The position numbers were made by a program, and so were the translations under genes. Source: Phallusia mammillata (Eukaryota). Taken from it: a stretch of 64,000 nucleotides of DNA. The DNA lies in contig OZ281497.1 of NCBI GenBank assembly GCA_965637545.1, positions 24,118,001 to 24,182,000 of the forward strand, in the 5' to 3' direction. The stretch's first letter is position 1; the number at the start of each line of letters is the position of its first letter. This document shows positions 11,489 through 23,900 of this stretch, one piece after another. The notes beneath the pieces were generated by a model, which did no database searches, was not told the origin of the DNA, and saw only the letters and a list, made by a program, of their open reading frames with translations.

Positions 11489-14400
11489 TCAATTGTGGTA
11501 GCGTTTTTTCTCAATCACCGGAACTTCGTAAATTGGTTCTTCAGTTTCGGCTGAAGCTGCAGTTCTTGCGTTGTTTACTGGCCATTGGTTTCTCCTGTAA
11601 CGTTCCCTGTTGGCACCGCAAATTAAAAAAATAACTGTAACCTTGAATGAACCCAAACTTTAAAAGTGCATGAACTACATTTGTTTGCATTACACATATG
11701 TCATAAAATGAAAGAAGGTGGTTAAACAAATATCGGTCATGGTTATTCAATATATTCTACAAATCATTGTTTTTGACCCTTTGCCAACCTTTTTCAATAA
11801 GTCACTGCTTCTAATATCCTGGTTTTTAGCATAATTGATTATGCTAACGCTAATCATTTTAGCATCCTAGCACCCCTTACATTGGTTCCTCGGCAAATTG
11901 TGGGATGGCGTGAACTTGAGGCGTTAAGTTGAAGACTGGTACCGGGTCTGTGCTATTGGGTGCTCTATTCGCCCTGCAATGCGAAACATGTGTGAAAAGA
12001 ATGTTGTTAAACACAATAGAACTCACCCTCATTGTTTGCATAAGTTACATTATAAATTGTTTCGGTTGCAATGCAATTTCACAAACCCTAAATGAGAGTT
12101 TCTAACTTTTGTCTATACGCCTTTAAACCAACGATGACAACATCGACTGCAAAGGCGCGTAAAAATTCTATCATTGGTTACTGAGTTAGGGACATGAAAA
12201 GTTACAAAATGTGACAAAAAACTCCCTTTCGGCCAAAAATCACGTTTTGTAGCGGGCGATAGAGAAGTCCAATTGGGCTCTAAATGTGCACATGCGTTAA
12301 AGTTGATTATATCAGTTATCCTAATCTTGCTGTGCGTACGGTCAGCAGTTCTTATTCCTTAAACGTGCAAATGTTCGGAGCACCCGATAGCAGCAGGTAC
12401 ATTTCTGGTTTAAGCAAAGTTCTTCAGAACATCTGGCCTAGTTTAACTATTAACGTAATCACCCAACTGTTTTCGTTGTTGGTTACCAATCCTTTTAACA
12501 AAGTTTGCTTTTTTACCTTCTTCTCTTCCGGCAAAGCACAACGATTACGATCACAAGAACAATGAGAAGGATTCCTCCCACGGAACATGAGATTGCAATT
12601 ATCAACGTCTGGTCATCTATTAAAGTTGAAACGTTTTACAATTGATAAATTGTGATTACAATTGAAATTTAAGCAAAAAGACATAATATGTATTAAGCAG
12701 GACAATGCCATTTCAATACCAAAGACAAGCCGCAGAAACATAACACGCAAATTTAAAAACTTTTGTATTGTTAGTATTTTTTACTGCTTACTAGTTTGAG
12801 GAGCCTTTACAGTGGTCTCTGGAACATAAGAAAATAAATGTTATTTTAGAGCAGGCAACCGCAGTCGGCAACCGCAGATCCGCGGCCCACTGCGACGAGT
12901 TCGTTACCATGCTGTATAATTTTTCGGGTTAAATGCTTTAAAACATTTTGCCCATATATCACAGGATAATAAACTAATAAAATTTCACTTTCAAAAGCGG
13001 TCCGCAGAGCAAAAAAGGTTGCCACACCTTGTTTTAGAAAAACCGCGTTTACACGTTTTTAAAATACAAACCAAATATAATATTGCTCGTTTCATTGGAC
13101 TGCGTCTAATCCAGTGGTTCTTAACCGGTGGGAAATTTAATGTTTTCAGAGGGAAATTATGTAAGTCAGGTAACCAAACTTTTGGCCCAAGGGTCGAACC
13201 CGGCTTTGAATTAGTCGTTGAAAGTTACTTTCCTAAAATTTTTCCGCAACAACATGTTAGATTAATTCTTAACCTAGTTTTACAAGACGCCTAAAAATAC
13301 AAGGCCGTTTGTTACATCACATACATGTCTGATAGTATCAATGACTGTGCTATTGTGCCCAAATAAAGGCCTTTCCTTTGTTGATTGTGATGCAATAAAT
13401 GACTATTGCAAGCAGAGGAAACTCTATAATATTCCATAAGCTTTATTCTCTCATAGAAACACTATTTAAACTGAATAAGATTGTAGTATATAACTTTGGG
13501 GTTCCAGACCAAATTGCTTCACCAAATTATTTCATTTAAAGAATATTTTTTTTGTTAACGGCACAAAACATCATTATAAAAATAACAAAGGGAAAAATTC
13601 AAACTTGGTGATTGACTTTAGTGGGAAACCACACCAAAGAGGTTAAGAACCACTGGGATAGACCTTGATACTGAAAGTGTTTTTTTTTTCACAACTGTTT
13701 TTATAAATTTTCAGTTTACCACGTGTTTCAAATACAAACCAAATATGATATTGCTCGGAATATAGCAAACGACTTTTTGTTTTTTAAACAAAATTGTATG
13801 AAATGTTTTTTTAGTATGAATCCGTAATTACCTTTAGAGTCCGTGGTTGTCCCTGGAGTAGTAAATGTGTTTGGACGAATATTTCAAAAACATAGAGGAA
13901 AAACAATGATTGATATTCAATGATGTTTTTGCAACAACACTTATGGAATTATGTGAGACAGTTAACACATTGAAAGCCATTTCGTAGCAAGACACAGTTT
14001 TTTTTAAGTTTTTTTTTAAGGTTTCGATTTTCAAATACGGTTTTGTCAATGTCAATCTTAACCCATGTAAAAACAAACGATATAAGCAAGAAAAGGAAAA
14101 AAAAAACGTTATGCAAATCTGTTTTACCTTTAAGAGTTCTTTGGCAGATATATCTAGCACTTGATGGACATAACGATGCGCTTATCTCCAAATAACTAGT
14201 GGGAGATGATTTCGAAATTTTGCTGCAATAGTTATTCCCAGTTCGAACATAAAACTCTTTTTCTGTAAGCACAAGTTTGTGGGTTTGAACAATACGATAT
14301 GCACCAAAGTTGTAACAGTTAATAAACCTGTGTATCAGACAAACCCAGCCCACATCCGTTTTCTACAAAACATGAACTCATAGCTTTAATGTAAACAAAA

Positions 14401-15176
14401 TAATAATAATAACTCGGTTGGTTTAGAGTTGGATGAGGGTGGAACTTATGGACCACAACTTGAAGGCGCAAGCCTGAAACCCGTGTAGTTTTGCAAAACC
14501 CAAACCATATCCAATTTGGCGGACACAACCTGTTCAACCACAATCAAAAAAGTAATTGTGGCAGAGTATGAGTTCAGACCCGGTAATTGAGAAACATTAA
14601 GCCGAAAATTAAACCACAGGTTCGAATTCTGCAACTCCCAGAACATCTAAAACCGTTTTTTAGTTGACCCACATTATTTTTCACCACTATTTGAGGCTGG
14701 CACAAAATTTGACAAACATAATTTTTTTAATAAATGTTTGTTAGCCCGCATCAAAAATAACCTAATTTATGAAAACGAAACCGGAATTTATGAGAACAAA
14801 AAATTAGCTAAATTAGCTGAATAGGATTTGCGTTTACAAACTGGTAACAGTTTAAACTTTGAAAAATCTCATAGCTGCATAATTGCATTAATTTCACCAA
14901 ACCGGAACCAGTAAATAAAGGTTACTTACTGGAAGAAAAAAAAAGAAATGTTGATGACTTTGGAAGAAACCCTTGAAGAGAGTAAAGAAGGCGATTTGAT
15001 TGTACACTCGCTATCTTTGCATTTAGCTTTGAGCATTCTTTCTCAGCTTGATTATACGAATAGACTTTGTCGGACCCAATATAATACTCGTTTCCATCAA
15101 ATGAATGCCAAGTTTGGGCGGAACATGAATGCCAAATTCCAACCACGAAAAGCATTAGGTGTATATTGTTTGCCAT
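11489..15176 (-). CDS. C-type-lectin-like type I membrane protein, copy B (truncated tail, possibly decaying)
   Basis: Exons 14930-15176, 14128-14262, 12792-12818, 12517-12616 (TM), 11881-11973 and a last exon from ~11615. The canonical last-exon acceptor is CAG>CGG (an in-frame cryptic AACAG lies 9 nt inside). There is a premature TGA at 11489-11491 after EEPIYEVP. Confidence 0.7.
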
Positions 15177-16708
15177 ATGTACAGTGTCGAATATTAAGCT
15201 GTAAAAAACGCATAAATGCATAGGTGTTTCGACGAATATCAGCAACTACCTATAACTTGTTTTTCAAGTGGTTTGTGTAACAATGTTCAAGGAGTAGAAA
15301 TTTTCGTTTTTGTGCTGATCCGAGCCGTCGCAGCTTTATGAACGTTTTTATCGTTAAGAGAGTTGTCAGCGGTCCTTAAGTTGCGTTCTGGACCCGAAAG
15401 TGCAAGCCAGCAACCCGACTCGCACTCGATTTAAAAAAATACAAAGTTGGAACTAGGCCTGAAATTTGGTAAAAATGCGGCTAAAATGCCGAATGTAAAC
15501 ACAGGTCCAAATCAAGATCGTTTTATTACAACTTATGTCTGAACTCAACCCAAATGCGTAAATCCTGGCCCGACTTACAACTCTGCTTTATTTAAATTTG
15601 ACAAGTTAGTTATTTTAAGCGTTTTGTTTCATCAAACAGTATTTCTGTTATCCCCTTTGTACCATGCACCATCGACTTGTCTAAATAGCAAAGCTTCCCG
15701 TTCATAAACATAACTGTATTAAATATATTGATCTAAGGTAACGGTATCTCAGAATAAGCCCTTCAAGCGCAATACAAAAAACAACAACCTTGCAATCAAG
15801 TCCAAATCTTGTTTCAAATATAATTATTTTATGTACATAAGAATTCAATAATTCTGTAAGAAAGTGCTAAACTAATTCTTATTTACAACTCTTTCTGTGT
15901 TGCTAAGATGAGAAAAAAATCTAAAATAAAGCCTAATTGCTTGGTCTCTACTTTACATACAATAAACGCTTACTTGCTCGTCTTCGACGCTAAAACAATA
16001 AACGGATATAACGTGTGGCGTAAATCATTTTATAGCGAAACTTTCTTGTTCCTGCCTTACCGAAAGCAATACCACAATAGGTGTGAACTTTTGTTGTTGC
16101 CAGTTTATATTAACCTGACATGAGGTCAATACACTAAATATATGTCGGACAAGCGTCTTGCATTTTGTATGACTGGTAATTCTCTATTCAAAAGCTTAGG
16201 GAACGTGACAGGTAAATTTTTTATCAGTCACTGAGTATTAATTGCTTCTGAAGAGAATCTTATCTATTAGTTACAAAGCATGGCATTTCAGCCTGTAAGA
16301 CCTAATAACCTGAAGGTCCGTACCTTGGCTATTAGCCTGTTTATGCCCATTATATTGTTGCCAGCTGCACTGATATGACTGTACAGGTCGAAACACTGTG
16401 TCAAGTTTTCTGGTTCGCTGTGTGATCTATTTCACACAATTGCATCGAACCTTGATTACACTATCCTTATCAAAATCGGTGTATAGTTGCTTGACGACAT
16501 CTTGTAAATCTGTGACAATCTTTGGTAGATTTTCCCTGGCAGCCATATTTAGATGATGCCACATATCAGAAGTTTACTTACAAACCCTCAGTGCTCATTA
16601 GAGAAGTAATTACCTGGTGGACAGCTAATACAGGATTACATACCAACTGCACTTTATACATAGCTTCAATAGCTCACAACACCAAACAGCAAATGTCTTG
16701 TCGCCAGC

Positions 16709-16754
16709 TGCACTAATAAGACCGTTTAGGTCGAAACGGTGGTCACTGCCTGCA
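16709..16754 (+). ncRNA. degenerate type I hammerhead ribozyme motif (unit B)
   Basis: TGCA-CTAATAA-GACC..GGTC-GAAAC..GCC-TGCA. Stem I is intact and the core is mutated. Confidence 0.45.
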
Positions 16755-17001
16755 ACCAACCTATTATTCTACTGAGGCGTTGCTTTTATTCTACGTTAAT
16801 TGTTTCCATATATTAGGCCTGCAACACGACGTATACGTAAAGTTTAAAAATTTAAACACTGTTTCAAAAACCAATTCACTTATCTATTGAGTTTTAGTGT
16901 TTTAGATAAGTTTTGAAACTTTCATTTATGTTCTCAAATATGTTCAATCAAAAGACCTAATCTGTTAAATTTTTAAATTAAGTTTTCTGGTATGCGATCA
17001 A

Positions 17002-17118
17002 TTAGTATTGGATCAGTAAAACGGAGATTATGGTCATCAGTGTCGAAAGTACAATATTATCGATGAGTTTTCCAGCTCCACAACGTAAGTTCATTTTCTT
17101 GGCGTAATGTGCTGCCAC
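17002..17118 (-). pseudogene. orphan folate-receptor-like GPI-tail exon (unit B)
   Basis: VAAHYAKKMNLRCGAGKLIDNIVLSTLM.., homologous to exon 5 at 54944-55060. Confidence 0.8.
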
Positions 17119-18345
17119 CTAACGACAAAAACAATGAAGCTTTACGTGGTATCAACTATCAATGAGTATAAAACTTAAATTATCTTTTATAAAAAAATTC
17201 TCTTTTATAAAAACCTGTGGGAATTTGTAACCATGAGCGATGACTTTCAAATGATTTAATACTGCGTTAACCAATTTTACAATGCGTGAGCCAAAGAACT
17301 TTTTTATAGAGAAAACACCATGCAGACGCGTCAGTAATCATTGAAGCAGGCTGTCCATCGAGCTATAGAACACGGTATATAAAGCACTTAAACGGTAAAA
17401 AAAACGATCAATGCCAGGTGTGCTAAGTGATGTCAGACGAAATTGGCGATTAGAAATGTTGCGTTGACAAACGATAAGAACCGGAGATGTTTGTCAGCTA
17501 TATGACAGATGTAAGGGCATGGAAACTGTGTCAATGTTAAGCTTGGGGTCGTGCTTGTTAATAGAAAGCGATTCGACAAACAACAGTCTGATGCAGTCTT
17601 GGCTAAAGGGACTCGTATGCAAAATGTGTATGTTGGCCATTTACTTGGTTTTGGTCTCCCTAAATGAATATTAATGATTATCATTAAAACTTAAGGGAAA
17701 ACTGTTTAAGTTTGGAGTGAATAAACAGATTTTGCATTTTGTAGTTGTATTTTAAGTCCTAAGAAACAGTGACACAACCGGTAAGATATGTATGAAATGT
17801 ATGTTAAAGGTCAACAAACGCTTATGTACGACAAGGTGAAGTAATAATGTTTGTTTCATTTTGTTGCGACCATGAGGTTCACGAATTAAATCCCGTCGTA
17901 ACTGCTTTGTCAAACTTAAAAATTTGTTGTTCACCTTTCAAGCAAATAAACTTTAGGTTAAGACTGTGACTGAAACAGACAGAAACCTAGAAATACAAAC
18001 TGAGCCACAGCAAAGTCTAAACCAAAAGATTGCGGACACGTGTTAAGAAGCACACCACCGCCACTAGTCGGCAGACAATTGTTTATCCATCACCAACCTA
18101 ACAAAAATGTGCAGTTAATCAGAAGAAATAAACACAAAACGACGACATGGTCAGGAAATCCACAACGTTTGATATTTTTTCTAAACAAGATAAACAGGCA
18201 GCTTTACAGTCTATGTAGCTCGATAGAGCGCGAGTCCCGGAAAGGCTCCTGTCGTGGGTTCGAATCTGACTGCAGGCTAGATTTTTCTACTCTACGCCTT
18301 GCCGCAAGGGAATGCTTGGAAGATAGGCTTGTATAGGTTCAACCC

Positions 18346-20030
18346 TGTAGCGACCCCTGTCGCTTATGTATTTCTTACGAAGCGTTACGTTTGCCTTTTT
18401 CCTATTGTGCGTGTGTTTTGCCTTTTTCGTGTGGGGCGCACGTTTGCTATGCGTTTGGTTTGACGCGTCATTCTATTATTTGCGATTGAAATAAACGGAC
18501 GCTACATTTGGTGACCCCTAATCCAGAAACGACTTTTCTGGAGTTCATTAAATAAGCATGTCAACCGACGGAGACACCGAGCATGCTGTTGCGATCAAAC
18601 TTCCGAATTTCTGGTCAGCAGAACCACGTGTTTGGTTCCAACAAATTGAGGCACAATTAGCATTAAAAAACAAAGTTGCAGACAAAACAAAGTTTTATTA
18701 TATAGTGTCCGCACTTGATGAAGATACAGCAAAGCGTATAATCGATTTATTGGAAGATCCTCCAGCAGAAAAAAGTTCGCATCAATTAAACAAAGACTGC
18801 TGGATTCTTTTGATTTATCAAATCAAGAAAGAACAGCACGCCTGCTGAACATGGCACCTCTAGGTGATAGAAAACCTTCTGAACTTATGGACGAATGCTA
18901 GCCCTACTGGGAAAACACCAGTCTTGCTTTCTATTCCAACATTTGTTTTTACAACATCTGCCGGAAGATGTTATTGTCCTCGTTTAAAAAGATTTGGAAA
19001 ACCCTCGCGACTTGGCAAAACAGACGGATAGGTTATGGCTTGTTCGGACGAGCAACACAGACTACACCATTGCCAAATTAAGAAAGCAGAGGCAAGCTAA
19101 ATCTTCAACACTTTTCAACAGCAACGACAGTAGTCAGTATTGTTTTTACCACCGGCGTTTTAAACGCCATGTGCTGCACAACAGGGAAACGCCAAGGCCG
19201 GTTGTCCACAATGAATGGGACAACCGGCAATCACACAACTTATTTTTCGTGTGGGATCGAACCTCTGGTTGCAACCAGTGGACACTGGTGCTGAAATCAG
19301 TGTCTTTCCGCCTTCTGGCTATGAAAGGAGAATGAACCACAAGGGACAAAATCTCACAGCAGCTAACGGCAGCAATATAACAACCTACGCTTCCTAGTTA
19401 ATTTCTCTTGATATTCCTTCCGGCAAGTTTGAATGGAAGTTTGTGCTCGCCGACGTATCTAGGCCACTACTTGGAGCAGATTTCCTTCGAGCGCACGGTT
19501 TACTTGTTGATGTTAAACGGCAATGTCTGGTACATGCTCAGTCGTTAACTAGCATGACCATAGGCAAGACAAATCAAGCGGCACCTCGCCTAAACGCAAT
19601 TAGCAACGCACAATCAAGTTATGTCAAACTTTTGGCAAAGTTTCCGGACATAACAACGCCACATTTTTCTGCAGTAATGCCAAAACATTGTGTGGAACAT
19701 CACATTCCCACCAGCGGCCTACCAGTGCACTTTCGGGCAAGACGACTTCCACCCGAAAAACTAGTCATTGCAAAGGCAAAATTTAGTAAAATGATGGAGC
19801 TGGGAATAGTCCGCCGTTCATCCAGTCTATGGTCGTCTCCACTTCATATGGTTCCCAAAACATCAGGTGGATGGCGCCCCTGTGGCGATTACAGGCGCCT
19901 TAATGCAGCAACACAACCAGACCTTTACTCGATCCCACATATCCAGGATTTTACAGCAAAACTGGCAGGGGCTAAGATTTTTTCTAAATCGATCTGGTTC
20001 GAGGATATCACCAGGTACCCGTTACGCCAG
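18346..20030 (+). mobile_element. 3'-truncated, decayed Ty3/Gypsy LTR retrotransposon
   Basis: 5' LTR 18346-18506 (TGTAGCG..CGCTACA) and PBS TGGTGACCC. Frameshifted gag from 18558 (KLPNFW..WFQQIEAQ), protease VDTGAEISV, and RT start [21 protein letters not shown], then an abrupt end. Confidence 0.9.
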
Positions 20031-20263
20031 CATAGGACTGGTAATTAGCATTGCATATGGTTTATTATTGTAAAAGTAGTTGTGTGTAAGGTAACTACAG
20101 TGGATTAGAGTGTACTAGTTGATATATGGATAATTTAAATGTGTGTGATTATCTGACCATGCTAGTCGTGTATACTTTTTATACTTTTTCTCGTGTTAGT
20201 AGCGTAACTAAACTCTGTATTTTGTATTTCTATTTGAATAAGACACTAAGCAATGTAAATCTG

Positions 20264-20521
20264 TGTGGGAACTGCTAACGAGTAATCTGCTCTGTTGTAG
20301 ACTGTTTTGCTCTGTTGTAGACTGTTCTGTTCTGTTGTGACTGTCTTGATTGATTCTTGTCTTGTTTGTCCTGACTATCTGCTCTGTCTTGACTAATCTG
20401 TACTGTTATGAACTGTCCAGTTTCGTTGTACTGTGGTACTCGGTATTGGAATACAGCCTTCGTTTTATTGTTGCAACGTATCAGTGTGACAGACAGCATT
20501 TGGCGGTACAAGTAACCCACA
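20264..20521. mobile_element. possible solo LTR or repeat fragment
   Basis: TGTGGG..CCCACA inverted termini and internal CTGT-rich short repeats; no TSD seen. Confidence 0.35.
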
Positions 20522-20995
20522 CAGTGGCCAGTTAGAAAGCTAGTTGGGACGTGGAATCAGAACCAAAGGGTTTTGTATTCTACAATAGTAATTTGTCGCA
20601 CTCAACGGAAGCGGAACTATACACAAAGCATTCACCCATGCAAAAAACAATTGCTTAAGGCTAAAACATTGGAAAGCGCAATTTAATGGTATAGTAATGG
20701 TACACAGTTTATGGATCAAAGAGGAAATACATCTATAATAATCATTGCGCTACATTAGGACCCACTGAAGTGCAAGGGCCCATACATAGCCATGGGTTGA
20801 CAAATGTTACCTATTGAAAAACAAGCTAGGCAACAAATAGAAGACTCCATTGTGGCTTTAGTTGAAAAATATTGCTGCTCATTGTCATATGACTTATATT
20901 ATTTTGACAAATTTAGAGTTCACAAGGAGGCTAAAAAGTTTCTTTATCAGCAATATTTTATCTCCAGTAAGGCCCCGCGGATAAATAGACTGCAT

Positions 20996-23900
20996 TTAAC
21001 ATGGACCGCCGACGCTGGATGGAACTTTTGGAAGGGGAAAAGCAGGTCGGTCAAATGGACAAGTATGTTCAGTATCAGGTACATTGTGGTAGGGCTTTTT
21101 CTCAAACACCGGAACTTCGTAAATTGGTTCTTCAGTTTCGGCTGGAGCTGCAGCTCTTACGTTGTTTACAGGCCATGGGTTTCTCCTATAACGTTCCGTG
21201 TTGGTGCTGCAAATTAAAAAAAAATTATGATTGTAACCGTGAATAAACCCTAAACATAAAACTACATTAGTCGGTTTTCGTTGTTGTCGGTTTTCAGCCA
21301 ACTGTGTTCGTTGTTGGTTACACTCCCTTTTAGCAAAGTTTGCTTTTTACCTTCTTCTCTTTCGGCAAAGCACAACAATTACGATCACAAGAACAATGAA
21401 ATGGAATCCTCCCAACGAACATGAGATTGCAATTGGCAACGTCTGGTCATCTAGTAAAGTTGAAACGTTAGTGTTAATTGATAAATTTAAGCATAAAGGC
21501 ACGATCTGTATAGAGCAGTACAATGTCATGTCAATACCAATGACAAGCCGCAGAAACATAACATGTAAATTTAAAACCTTTCTGTAGCGTTTACAATTAG
21601 TAATATATGATCTCTATGTTAACAGTATATCACGTGACCGTATTGACCATGCCGTTTCATTCTATGAGCACGAGCAATAGCGAAAGCATATAAACAAACA
21701 CTTTGTGTTATGTCTAGTCTCTGACAAAGCACTAGGCAGCGGAACACTATAACTGGCGACGAGGATAATTAACAGTAATCAAGGATTGACGAAGATATTT
21801 TAAAGTCACCTTAAAACTCGCAAAAATCTTTAAAAGTTGGGGAGAAAGACAGACGAAAAAGCAGAACAAAAACAAAATGGCTGCTATACTGTCAGATAGT
21901 TTACCTCCATTTGACGTTACCGATCATTCAACAGCTGGTACACGTTGAACAAAATGGGTGAAACGCCTTGAAAACTTATTTGTGGTAAAAGACATCACAA
22001 GTGACAAGATTAAACGTGCTTGTTTGCTACATTATGCAGGAGCAGAAGTATTTGACATTTTTGAAACATTACCAGATAATGGCAATGAAGAAAGAAAGGA
22101 AGGAAAATTAATGCTTCCATATAATCCAAATGCATTCACAGTCACACACATCAAAGGCACAATGATCACGGCACAAAACAAATACAAAACAGTAACCAGA
22201 AATTCATCATTCTTTAAGAAAATAAACAGATCATCACAACATGATGTACATACAGATGATGATCACCCGTACTTTACATATGACCATGATAACACAACAC
22301 CTTGTGAAGAACAAAATGCAAATGATATTGTAGAAAATGACCCTGTTCGTCGTTACCCTACAAGAAATCGTAGACCCCCTCAACATCTGAGAGATGGTAC
22401 TTACATTTAAGTGTTAGTGTGAATATTTGATTTGCTTGTATATTGCATTTCTTTACCTATAGTGCTATTCTTCACAACGTACTTCAAACATCCTTTTTAA
22501 AAGAAGCCAATGTATGAGTGTCAAACAAACTGTGTTATCTTGCCAAATTGTATCCGAATACCTATTTGTATTTTCATATAGCAGTAAGTGTCATTGTACT
22601 GTGTCATTTCTAAACAAACTACCATTGTGTATTGTGTTAAATAACTTTGTGATTTAGCATCTATAACTTAGGGAGGAATGTAGTGTTTACAATTAGTAAT
22701 ATACGATCTCTATGTTAACAGTATATCACGTGACCGTATTGACCATGCCGTTTCATTCTATGAGCACGAGCAATAGCGAAAGCATATCAACAAACACTTT
22801 GTGTTATGTCTAGTCTCTGACAAAGCACTAGGCAGCGGAACACTATACTTTCTGCATTTTTTAATACTTTTTCACTATACGTACTGGTTTGATTAGCCCT
22901 TGCAGTGGTCTCTTGAACATCAGATAAATATACGCTATTTTGGCAGAACCACTTTTTGCAATAACTTGTCTGGTTTACCAATCATTTTGCTAAATTAGTT
23001 TTTAAAAAGTTTGTGCTATGTTTCATTGAATTGACCTGGGTGTTAAAAGTGTTTTTACAACTTTTTTTAATTAGTTTACAACGTTTTTTTTTCAAATCCA
23101 AACCTATGATATTGCTCGGAATATAGAAAACTTGTTTTTTTACACAATTGTATAAAATGTTTTTCTAATATGAATCCGTCATTACCTTTAGAGCCATTGG
23201 TTGTCGACCCTGGAGTAGTAAATGTATATAATCGAATACCTTAAAAACATAGAGGAAAAACACTACAAGTTATTTTTTGTTTTTTGAACAAAATTTTACA
23301 AAATGTTTTTCTAATATGAATCCGTAATTACCTTTAGAGCACTTGGTTGTCCCGGGAGTAGTAAATGTATTTAAATGAAAACCTGAAAAACATAGGGGAA
23401 AAACACTACATTTTTTGTTTTTTAAACAAAATTGTAAGAAATGTTTTGATTTTTTGAAACATGATTCCGTACTTACGTCTGGAGGTTGTGGTTGTTTCTG
23501 GAATAATAAATGTGTTTTGAACAATATCTTTAAAAAATAATAGAAAAAAAAAAGTTTATCCAATGATTTCTTTAATTTTTATTTCTTTGCTTTTTTTATT
23601 TTTTTGCGACAAGACTTTGAATCGTTGACGCATGGAATTAAATGAGATAGTTAATACATCTAAATCGGTTTCATAGCAAGACATGCGTTTTTTTATATAA
23701 AAACAAAGGTGAAAATCAAACAAAAAGTTGAGCAAATCGTTTTTACCTTTAGGGATTCTTTGGCAGATATAACTAGCAGTTGATGAACAAGTGGCTTCTT
23801 CCCAATGCCAACCGATACTTAACCAGGAACTCGTTATCTTGCTGCAATAGTAACCCTCAGTATGAACAAAATACTCTGGAAGCACAAAGTATGTAGATTG

